This document shows positions 1 to 12,000 of a stretch of 64,000 nucleotides of DNA, piece by piece. The first letter of the stretch is position 1. The number at the start of each line of letters is the position of its first letter. Source of the DNA: Ramazzottius varieornatus (lineage: Eukaryota; Animalia; Tardigrada); contig BDGG01000004.1 of the NCBI GenBank assembly GCA_001949185.1, positions 459,620-523,619 on the forward strand. The letters run 5' to 3'. The notes beneath the pieces were generated by a model. The model was given only the letters and a program-made list of their open reading frames with translations, had not been told where the DNA came from and ran no database searches. Both the position numbers and the translations under genes were made by a program.

Positions 1-3000
1 GACTGGCTTTCATGCGTGAAGCCAAGTCTGGACGAAACGACTTGCCTCAAACACCCATCTGCAACCTGAGCGTTCGTCTCCCCGACGAACTTAGCGTAAG
101 CACAACACCTCATCCACTCCTTGTTCACGTATGACAGATCGTAATAAATCACCACGAAAGTGGTCAACCCATTCGTGAGTGGAGTAACGTTACGTTGACT
201 GAACTTCGACGCAGCGTAGTTGAAACGTTGTCTTTCTACAGCCAATGGAACCAACTCAAGCGAAGGACCTGGTGACCATCGTCCGACGTCCCGTCTACAT
301 GCGTGAGATCGGCAAGGCCGGATCAGTCCATAAGGCTGACGTCCGGTTACACGACGTGGCCGATATGGTTGGATCTGACTGGCCCGCCTTGGCTCAGCAA
401 CTAGGCTTCCGCGATCCAGAGATCCAGTCTCTGATGGACGAAGAGCCCAAGACCAACATTCAGGCCTTCAACATGCTGCGCCGCTGGATCGCTCGTCGCG
501 ACGTGACCAAGTCGGCCGGCAATGAACTGGAGCAAGCATTGAAACGCATTGGTCGAGACGACATCGTCAACAAAGTCATGTTTAACGTCAAGCTCCTGAC
601 GGACGATCTGGACCGAACCATGGCTCGATTGAGTGTCGACCGGGACCAGGTGGGCTTCGATGCCTTGCACGAAGAGATCGGTCCGGGAACCAGCGCGGTG
701 GAAGGAGGCACTGAAACCTTTGTTCGAGACTACGTCAGAGGGTAATGACTCGCTTTTACTTCCCCATTCCTCACTTTTTCCATGTATTCTAGAAGATAAG
801 TGTATCATATTATACTTCTCCAGATACCGGGAACCAGTCAGAGCAGAATCGGAACCGACCAGTGAGACCACTTCGCTCCATGAACATGTTATGGAAGAAG
901 GTATGTTGAATATTCAGCGGTGTTCCTTCGCTACTGTCCTCCTACAGGATTTGAAGTAGTACCGATAATGCGAAAATATCTGTGTAGAAGTGGGAGCGAA
1001 TCGAAGTGGAGAACCAGCTACCAAAGAGGTGCTCCATGAGCGTGTCACTCAGCAGAGACCTCCTAGCCCACCTCAACGCCAGATTTCCCAACGAGAAAGG
1101 GAGGAAGCTACGAGCCGGCTTTCTTCTACCATGCGATCTATGGACACGCCGGTACTCATGCGGGATGTCGAGAACACACGCGAAAGTGAGCGTCTGTACG
1201 AAACTGTCTGTAAGTATAACACAGTGCGGGCAGAGTACAGTGGCCGAATTGCTGTAGAGAAATGTCAACAACACTTCACACCATTGCGTTCCCCATGACA
1301 TGAAACGCACTTGATGAACGGCATCGACTTGCTTAAAATACATGAACTTCGTCTAACTTTTTTCCAGCTCAACGGGAAGTTGTGGAACCACGCGCAGTGG
1401 AAGTCCGCACGCTGACCGGACAAGTGTCGCCAACAGCCGAGGTGGTGGTCAGTCGTGAAGATGTTCGTCGTACTTCGCCCGCAGAACCTACCCCACCTTC
1501 GCCTCGAACCAAGCCTGTCCCACCTCCCCGTCACGATCAACCCCATGTTCAGTACGCTGAACACGTCTCGACGTTCGAGTTGCCCAAGGAGACTCCCACC
1601 TACGTTCGTGAGGCCGGAGTGGACGAGTCAACGCCCACAGTCAGCGAGGCCCGTCGCCTGTCCGGCCCTGCTCCTGCCGACGACAACGCCCAAAAGTCCA
1701 TCTCGCAGAAACAGTTCGAGACTGTCGAAACCGAACACGACGAAGACGGCAACTTGGTCACTAAGAAGACTATCACTACGGTCAAGACCACCCGCTCCAC
1801 ACGAACCATCACTGGTGGTAAGTAACGTCCCTTCGTTTCACACCATACTGTAGTACCGATGAATGACTACTGACTTACTTTACAGACCAAGACGAGCTGA
1901 TCAAGCAAGCCACCGAAGGTGAGCTCCGCAATATCCCGCAAAGCGTCCTTGGTGACGTCCAACAGCAAAGCCGAGTTGATATTTCTGGGCCGGAAATCAC
2001 CGATGTGACAGAATCTTACGTCAGAGATAACCAGTCAGCAGAAGGTAAGAGCTGAAGCAAAACAGAAACAGAAACCGCGACAGTTCAATCAACACTTCAA
2101 ACGCCCAAAGCATGAAATACCAAAGCGAAATAAAAACTGGCTGCACCACAACTCAAAGCTTCCGTTCGAAATCTAACTTAGCCATTTGATTATTTGTTCG
2201 ATATTTTCATCTACTTTATGTTGTGCATGTGTGCTTGCTTTCACATATGTTGAAGTGAACCCATATGCGGAATGATGGCCACTCTACTACAGTAACTGAA
2301 TCTTACGACCGATAAGTTATCTATGAAGTTTCTACCGCCCGCATTGGGCATCATCTGTAACCATAGGCGCGATTAGCTCGGTACCCGGAAGTGGTTTTTG
2401 GACAGCAAAAGGCGGTCGTCAGCGTTAATCAGGCTATGCTTGAAGTACTTTGAACAGCAGAAAGATGTTTTGCTATTCAATAACTGTTCATGTTGGAAGG
2501 AAGCAGGCCGCCCTTGCACTCCGCTTGACAGTTTATTTTTCGAGACACTTGCAAGACATGGCAAGCTGACATTTAGCGTAAACCTGCCATGGACAATTTA
2601 CGATGCTCGAAATAACCGGTCGTGAAATAAGTGAAATCCACCCGACACCTTCTCCTTCGTCAGTTCCCACTCAGTTCGGCCCATATCTTTCAATCGAACA
2701 ATCTCCTCCTTCACTCACGCTTTCTTAATCGAAGTCTTCCGTACTTGTCCAGCCACAAAGTTCCTACGGACCTCAGTCTGTAAAGCCTTGCATGTTTTCT
2801 CCGAACCTTCTGTTAATACCATGTTTGAGTTTTTGATCTAACGAGTCAACCCACCGTCGCCGGAAAAAAGATTCATCTGCCTCTAACAACAACTACCATC
2901 TCGGCTGGATGTCCCCCTGACTACCCTCCACTGTGATAACAACTTGACGCTACCGTATTGACTGCACGGATCATGTTTCAAATACGTAAGAATGACTTCA

Positions 3001-6000
3001 GTTTGTCCATTATCTTCGCTGTAATGCTTACCATTTCCGACGGGTTTTTTTAATGTTCCTCGTCAGTCATTGGCTGCTCGATTTGAGCTGACTCGCTGTT
3101 TTGGGTATAGGAACCACCATTCAGTACCATGCATTCGAACCCGCCTCGGAGGATGTTCCTCGCGATGTGGAGACCCTCATGCGTCAGTTCGAAACCGAAC
3201 CCACCACGTCACGCACACCTCGAGATCCACAACTCGCCATGGCACTTGGCTACTCCTCTCCAGTTCGACCTCGTCGAGTCCAAGAGCTAGCTGAAAAGCC
3301 CATCCCGCCACCACGCGGTCGGGTGGTCTCCACTGAGCACCGTGGGTCGATCGACGGAGGTTCCACCACTGATGATTTGTCATACCAGACCGCACTCGAG
3401 AGTGCTAGCGAAGGTTCAACCTACTACACGGCGCGAGAAGGAAGGAGCGCTAGCATCAGCAGTGGCGCCACCTTGGTCTCCGAAGGAGAGGTGAAACAGA
3501 TCGACAGCGACGCTGAATCAGTGTTTTCCGGGTATGAGCAAGGTTTGTCGGGATCACGACAGACACTGGTGACAGCTGAACGGGAACGAAATGGCCGCGA
3601 ACTCACGCCGGTCAATGAAATGCTACCCAGTGCCTCGAGTTTAGACCTAGTACCTGAGATGGTCAGAGAAGAGTTCGATGTTGAGGAAGGACCCAACTAC
3701 TTCTTACTGTCAAACGTCCAGGGAGAACAAGAAACCAAACTCCAGCCTGAAATTCCGATGGTCGTTGATACCGAGCGTGAGACTGAAACCCTGATAGAGA
3801 GCGTACAGGAAAATGACGAGCCAGTGTTCGCGTCCGAAATGATGGTGACGGACTCGCGAATGACTCGAGAGGAGTTCTCCGTTGACTCGTTGAATGAAAT
3901 TCAGCAGCAAGCACAGCAGACTAGTGAAGGGGAACAGGAAATCACCGCGGAGGAACAACAGCAAATCGAAACGTACAATCAGTCCATTGACGACACATTA
4001 CGTGACATGATAGCCAATATGGAGTTAATCAGGCAAGAGTCAGGACTAGCGCCTACTGAGCACGCGACCTTTGACCAGTCAACAGGTCGGAATCGATCAA
4101 GGACAAGCTTGACAATCGAAGAACCCATTGATCGCGAAACCGTCGATGCCTTACTAGAAGAAACGTACTCTCCTCGTTCTTCCCGTTCGCGAAAAGAGTC
4201 ATCAGACGTCGTCACCTCCGACGAACAGTCACATGCACAAGAGCTGGAGAACCTTCGGTTGCACGAGTCGCTCTCCGTCCAACAGACCGGCGAGTTCCCG
4301 GGAGAGTTCCTGCGAAGGTTCATCCAAGAAAGGGACAGAGGTCGGACGTTCTTCACGCCAAGACCGTTGGGCGTGGTGATCAACCCGGATAGCCCAGAGT
4401 TCGTCCAGCAGATGGCAGCTATAGTGTCGGAGGAGACGCACTTGTTGGAGAGACGACAGCAAGAGATGGACGAGTTCCTCCAAGAAGGTCCGAAGCAGGT
4501 TATGATAACGCCCGGTGTGTCGACCGAAGAAAGTGAGGTGGTGACCACCAGGCAGTACGAGGAAGTTGACGGTAAAATAACCAAGATCACTACTCGAGGC
4601 TCCATCAGTCTTCCTTGTGGTCTAGTCTTTGAACCTACCATCCAGATAATCAATGTCGTTCCCCACTAACCAATCAGACCAAATTAACTCACCATTTCGA
4701 TCATAACCAAAACAATGAAAAATTAAAAACGGAAACTAATTACCCGAATTGAACAAACCACACACTAGACAGATCACTTTAACACTGCATGACCACCTAC
4801 GGTAGTGACCTGTACAGTTGCCGTATTGGTCGGTTCGCCGTCCGTCTTTGTGTTCCTGCTTCCAAATTCGTTCGTGCCCCTTTGTTCGCCTGTTCTCTGT
4901 GCGGGAATGCGTCGGAATGGAGGCTGCTCGTTTGCTGTTGGCTATGCACTCGTCTCGTCCTCAACCAATCAACCAAACAACTTTCCTGTCTGTATCAACC
5001 TTGCCCTAACCTGCTCTTTTCCTCGGTCTTTTGAAGAACTCGGACGTACGGTACGCACCACCGAAGAAGAGCGACTGATCACGGAAACCCGTCGCGTGGT
5101 TCATCATGGACCCGGCGCAGTACAGATTACTGAAATACCGGCAGAATTCACCGCTGCTTCCGGGCAATCTCATGAAGAACATGAAGAATTGTCCGAAAAT
5201 GTCGAAGAAATGGAGGTCGTTGGTGAACGACAGAACAAGGAGGCTTCCGTGAGTTGAAACTTCGTCACGGTTTCCGGTTTTTTAGTTTAGAGAAATATGG
5301 TTTGCTTTGCATAGGAGCTTTTACATGAGACAGTGAGTCAAGTAAGAGGTTCTTCGTCCATGGATGAAGAAAGTAGCCTTGAGAGGACGGCTGAAGAAGT
5401 TGTGAAGGATGCGGTGGACAAGGCGGTGGAAGAGCTCGAGCGCGAAGACCTGCGAGGAGAAACCAGTGAGTGAAGGGTGTGCCGTGAAACGCTTCAATCG
5501 ATCAATCGAGTGTATTGCCGCTACATTGTAAAACCCGCACAACACGCGCGCTGGCTGGCCTGCCTGACTGCAACCTGCGCTGCATTTGCAACTTTGTGCC
5601 CAAAAAGAAAAGCGAAATACCTTTTCGACCATTATTTTTGTCAGTATCATCCTTTTCATTTGTCCTTTTTACAAACGACAGAGTTTCGGTCTGTGTGTGA
5701 CAATTAAACCGGTGAATATTGTTCCTGTGTGTAATATCATCATTTAGTTAGAGTGACAGTTGGTGTGCGCTTTGCTAGCTGAGCATGGCGCCTTGATTGA
5801 GTGATTAGCATCATATCATACTTGAGTGTCGTAAGATTCACAGTGTGGCCATCATTTCTACTTACTGACCAATCTACCAGTCAAAAACCATCCTCCTCAT
5901 TTTCTTTTCTTCATTTCGCGCTCGTATTTCTGTTGCCTTATTTTCATTCTGTTCTGTTTTTCTGTTTCTCGTCCATCAGAAGCCACGTCGCCGCAGCGAC

Positions 6001-9000
6001 CTTCGCAGTTGTTCGCCGGTGGATTCAGTGGGGCGAGGTTGAATGTTGATAGCTCGACGGTGCCCATTATTGAGACACCGTCCACCAATGTCCTCATTGA
6101 CACCACGGAGTTTGAGACACAAGGCCAGTTGTCGCCGGTCGAACTGACAGAGAACCAACCAGAATTCCGCGATGAAAGTCTGGCGGAAACCCAGATGCCC
6201 ATTGTGGAAGAACCTTTGGGTGGTATGACGCCCAGTGCAGGTACAGACACAAACACTAACACCTTTTGATATCCTAACGCAGCCGACTAACAACTATCAA
6301 TGCAAGCTACTAACCCCGCGAAACTAAGTGTTACACTTCCTAAGTCGCGAAAGGTCAAGTGTCTCTTGTTGGAGTAACACAGTGCTTAGTTTCTAAAATA
6401 GACTAGGTTTGGAGATGCCACCAGTGCTTTCTGCCGGACGATACTGAAACCTCATTGCTGAACAACACAAAGACTTCGTAGGCTTGTCAACAAGGTTACC
6501 TTCAAGCTTTCGTGTTCAGGGCTACTTCAACAACTACAACTTAGGGTTACTTCGACAATAAGGCTCTTCGTTCTTTCTGTTCCTTCAAATTCATTCGGCT
6601 GAAATGATTGGTTGGCTTGCTTAAACCGCTGCTTATTCAAATACCGCTCATCTCTTCGTTTCGTTGCGCAACTGGACCTGCCTGAGCCATTACTCGCTGC
6701 CCATTATGCATGATGCATCCCTGGCCTTCCTTACCTTACGCGCGCTCATGCATGGAAGAATTATCCCCACTGATTTGCTGATAGGTAACACATTCCCCTG
6801 CTAACTTCCCATATAACCTGCACTTGTCGCCATCAAACACTCTGACTAACTTGAATGTCTTTTTCTCTCCTCACCCACCAGTGGCTGACGTTACCTCACC
6901 CGGTGATCAAGCGCATGCCTCAACTACCACCAGTACGCATGTGCGCGATGCGTCACCACCACCGCGCTCCTTCGAAACATTCGAAGAACCTACAACGTCC
7001 TTCCAGACTTCATCTTCAGGCTTTAAGCGTACAGTTCAAACAACTACAGTCACGTCAGAAACCATCGCTACGGTCCTTCAAGAATCTGAATCTGAAACCG
7101 CCGAGAAAGCCGCACTGTCGCGCAAGTTCACCTATCGTCAACAGCAACCACACACACCACATGGCTCACTTGACATCGGCGAGGAAGAGGCACCTAACCG
7201 CCTGGAACTATCCAACTTTCAGCTGCGCCGCTTGTCCGAAGTAGCCGATACCCAAGCCGAGGAAGAGCGACGGATGAGCTTGAAAGAGCGCGTTGCGTTC
7301 TTTGAGAAGAAAGCCCAAGAAGCAAAGACACCTTCACCGCCTTCCAGCTACAAGAGTCCCTCACCTCCCCGCCGTGAGAAGACACCTTCCCCACCCGTTC
7401 AACGGTCACCCTCGGTCACACTCTCTGAAGCTGAAGTTGGAGCAACAACACCTTCGACGCCCATAAGTCTACCACGAGAAGCCTCCCGCGAAACGACCCC
7501 ATCACCATCGCTGAGTGTGGGCGAACGACCAAAGTCACCGTCGCCACCGGTCAGCAGTCGATCGTCCCTCGATCAGTCAGCGCCACCATCACCACCGCCA
7601 CGCCGTATCTTCTCACCGGAGTCCGAACAACCACCCGGTCACTCCATCTTCGCTCCCCAGCTGGTCTCCGCTGACAAGCCACCGCTACCCCCGCTTCGCA
7701 TCAAGTCACCACCGACAATACCGGTGCGTGGAGATACTGAGGTGGTTGAGGATGACAAGACACCCACACCGACGTCTTCTCGACCTCAAACGCCACCTTC
7801 GCCACCAGTGCGACAATTCTTCACAACTACCGAAGAAGACTACAGTACAATGGTCACGTCCCGCAAACCATCGCCGCCACCTCGAGAAGTGTTTGTCCCA
7901 CCGTCACCTCCACCACGTACCGAACCCTCACCTGAAGAAACGACGTCCGGAGAGAGACTTCATGAAGAAGTGACCGAGATACAAATGTCCTCTAGGGCAT
8001 CACCGGCAACCGAAGAACAGTTACACGAGGAAGTAACTCGTTCTGAGCCGATTAAAGAGCGTCCACTGCATTCAGAGCGATCATCAGTATCGAGTAGTAC
8101 CACCGATGAGGAACTGAGAGAAATCAGCCAAGCCGAGGTTGACTTACCCTCACTGGCGACTGAAGTGGAAACTTTGGCCAAGGAACAGGAGTATATGGCT
8201 GAACGGGTGCCATCTCCAGATAGCCCTAAAGAAGGGCACGTACGCGAGGTGGTTCATCGAATAGAGTCCCTCATCTCGTCACAGTCAGTCACTTCGCGGT
8301 TGTCTGAACGATCGCGAAGCTCCTCCACGCAAAGTCGAACACCGTCACCCCCGCTACCGGTAGCAACTGTCGCCTCACCTGCTTTAGCATCCTCCAGGCA
8401 GATCTTTACTCCAATGGGCGTCATAGACATAATAGATATCGAACCGGAAGTTAGAGTAAGGCAGATGCCAGCTGTGGTGGAGCATGTTGAGACGGTTACA
8501 GAACGTTACCTGAAGCGGAATGCTATTGAAGTTGCTTCGGAGCCCAGCCCGGGCTCCCCGCATGTGGATGTAATTGAGTCAGACGTCTCGCAGGACTTTG
8601 ACGCATTGGAACGAGCGTTAAAACAGGAACATGATGAAAGACAAGAGCTGGACGCACACAGCGTAAGTGGAAAATATGTAGTAAAGTGACAAACACCCAA
8701 GTTGAAAAATGATTGAAAAGTCTCTAGCATGATTGGTTTTCGTTAAGCACTCGTGTTCGAAATATTTTGTTAGTAACAGAAGTGTTGTATGAATTATACT
8801 GCTGATGTCCGCAAATATGATTTTCATAGAGCGAAACTGAGGATGTATCGAAGGAGAACCGACTCATTTCTCCAATGATGAATCTTCGTCTCGCTTCCTT
8901 CGAAGAGCCCCTGCAAGAGCCCGCTGCAGCTCCCACTGGCTACCAAACGGACACCACCCCCAGCTCTACCCCGCGAAGCATTGTTCTCTCCACAAGCGAG

Positions 9001-12000
9001 GAAGAGTCCACTTCATCCTTACAAACTTCTCCACGACCCGCCGTCTTCCCTATTGATTCGCTCTATATTACCACCACCACGACCACTACCAGAATTTCCT
9101 CGCCGGTACCCGACACTCAGCCGATGATTAGCCCGCGCACCCCAGCTAAGCTGTCACCAACCAACAGCTCTCACCTAGTGGAAGAGTCCATGATGATGCG
9201 CAGTGCATCTTCCAGCCCGGCTACTTCGCCGCGGCAGCCACCGGCCAAGATCTCCCCCATGGACCGACCGATCTTCGGTGGCCTGTCGTTCCCTACACCT
9301 GGTCCTACTGAGAAGCGGCAGCTGTACCTGCAAGAAAAACTGGACCGGTCGCGACCTACCACGCCCAACGGAAAGCTTGATCGCAGATTGTCGGGGGAAA
9401 CTTCACCAACAAAAATTCCGCCTCGACATTTCGGAAGTGAAATCTTGGAAGAGAGCGTCTCTACCGCGCATGTAAGTATCTCTACTTGTGACGTACTGTA
9501 CTCTTAACCGGGACATTATGCGGCCCGATTTGCACAGTTTTCCACCAAACTTCCCGATTGATACTATATTCTAAGCGGTAACCGGCAAAATTGTTCAGGG
9601 TGCTCCGCATACTCCCTCTCAGGTCGAGGAGTCCGAGCAACTGACCGAAACCGTCATCAAAGAGCATATGTCGCCTGTGATTTCCCCAGTGGACACCTTG
9701 ACCATCGTGTCCGACTTCTCCACACGCGCTCACCCCGAAGTCCTTCAGTTCCCCACAGCTCAACCGGACTTTGACGCTAGCTCAACGGCCGTCGAGACTT
9801 CCGATACGACCCCTCAATCCACACCTTCCGTATCCGATTACAACACCCGTCAGACATCTTTCGAAGAAGGGGAGACCCAAGCGGAAGTGCCACATGACAA
9901 CGCCCGTCAATTGCACAAGTCGCTGTCTTTCGGTGCCAACCAGGCTTCCTCTACGGCGTCAGAGTCCTTACTCAAGTCTCTTGCTCACAGCTCATTCGAG
10001 AGCACCATCACCACTCACACAACTCACAGCGAGACGATCTCTGCCATCACGCAACTTCCTCACTCTTCTTCGCTGGAACAACTTGAGGAACGAGTGGAAA
10101 TGATGGAGCAACCTCATACAGCCAATCAACGACGGGCATCTATCGTTGATCGATTCGGTGAGACGGAGAATATTCCTGCAGCTGTCCGACACGAAGGTGG
10201 ACAACATCAGTTCAGCCACCAAACGGAAGCTGAACATGTACCTGACCGCTCTCAAGTCTTCGAACCCGAATCACCTTACGCAGTTTCTGAAAAGGAACTG
10301 ATTGAGCGCACTTACTCAACCCAGCCTGCGGAAAGACAAGTGCCACTCGAACCTGCTTCACCTTACGCCGAGTTTGGCGTGGAGAACATCCAAGAAGCCG
10401 AAGAGGCCGTCTCGCACAGTGCACAACGGCAAAGCGTACCGCACTTACAGCCGGCTTCACCTTATGCCGAGTTTGGCACTGAAAATACTGCACAGGCCGA
10501 AGAGGCAGCATCCGAGTCCGAACCCGGGGTCAGTCCCGCCCGACTGGAACCAGCCTCACCCTATGCCGAATTCGGTCAGGAGAACATTTTGGAGGCTGAA
10601 GCGGTGTGGCCAAAGCGCTTACCGTTGGTTCCCGAAGGACCCTATGCCGAATATGGCATCGAGAATATCCACGATGCCGAAACCGTTATCGAGCAGCAAG
10701 CCATTCCGCGAGACATTTCTTACGAAAATATTGCTGAGGTATGCACCGTAACAGTATTTGCAATTTCAGAATATCTCAAACTTTCGGAGATTGTCAGCTG
10801 AGACGTAGGCAAATGAATTGCACCGAATCGTTATCTCGACTGCCGCATGGTTTTTGCTGTTGTTTGAAAGTGTGCGCCACTTGGGAAAGCGACCTGACGC
10901 ATTCTTTTGCCCATGTCTTAACTAAATGATACACAATTGATCTTGCAAGACATTAGACGTAAGACTTTTTTCCGTGCTGTAGATTTCTCATCAAGAAACG
11001 CCAGAAGAAATTCGCTACACAGCTGAGGAGATCACCGAAAGCGTCGTCGAACAGGCGATAGGCGATCTACAGGTCAGCTCGGTACTGGACCAGCAACGTG
11101 AGCTGTTCCATTCCAATGAGATCCTCGAAGAAGACGTAATGGTCAGAGAGGTTGAGGCTGAAGCTCGGCCAGATGTGGAACGACGAGCCTCCATTGAGCA
11201 AGTCATCGAGCGTACAGGTAAGAGTTTACCACATTTCACCACGATGATTCGATGCGCTACTTGGTTTTCCTGTAGCCTAATTATATTCGCAGGTCCATTG
11301 GAAATACACGCTCGATCGGTTCAACAAGAATTCGACGAAGCCGCCGACAAGTTCGTCGCTCGTTTCATCCGCCGAGCTTCCATGGGTGGTGACATTTCTC
11401 CCGAAGACCTCTCCGACGCGGAACAGCTCGAAAGCCGAGAAGAACTCCCGGGTCGCCAGTCCCCACCAGAGTTTCACACTGTGGCTCCCCCAGACTTCCA
11501 GTTGCCCGCTGTTCCCCTCGTACGAGATTCCGATGAAGAAAGCGGCAACCAAACCGAAACCGAACTGTTGGACGAACATGTCACCCAAATCGGAGTCGAG
11601 TCTCCCACCGAAGCACGGGAACGTGTTCAGTACAACGAAGCTGTCGAACGTACAGCAGACGAACTGACCGACTCCGTTATCCGTCATGCTGTCGAGACCA
11701 TCATCACACCTGAGGAAATCCAGGAGGTTGTAGCGGAAGTGCTAGTTCGGCCTGTCTCACCTCCACGGCCTCTCCACTTAGCCGCTGTGTTGCAGTCGAG
11801 GGACATCAGCTCGCACAAGCGTGTCAGCTTTGACGAACACCCAATCGAGATTGAAACCGGGCATGTCATCACCGAAACCGAAGGGAGTGAACAGGCCGAG
11901 ACTTCGACCGAAGTTCTACACGAGCATGTCACCACACGGAGAATCCACTCGCCTCCTCCGCGACACTTGAGCGAAGCTTTTGCTCAAGAGGAACTGGAGG

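Noticed and set aside
4805-5036. Hydrophobic N-terminus suggesting a small membrane-anchored ankyrin (sAnk1-like) start
   Set aside because: There is no ATG at the ORF start, and the region is a pyrimidine-rich intron end with a branch point (CCCTAAC) and an acceptor at 5036.
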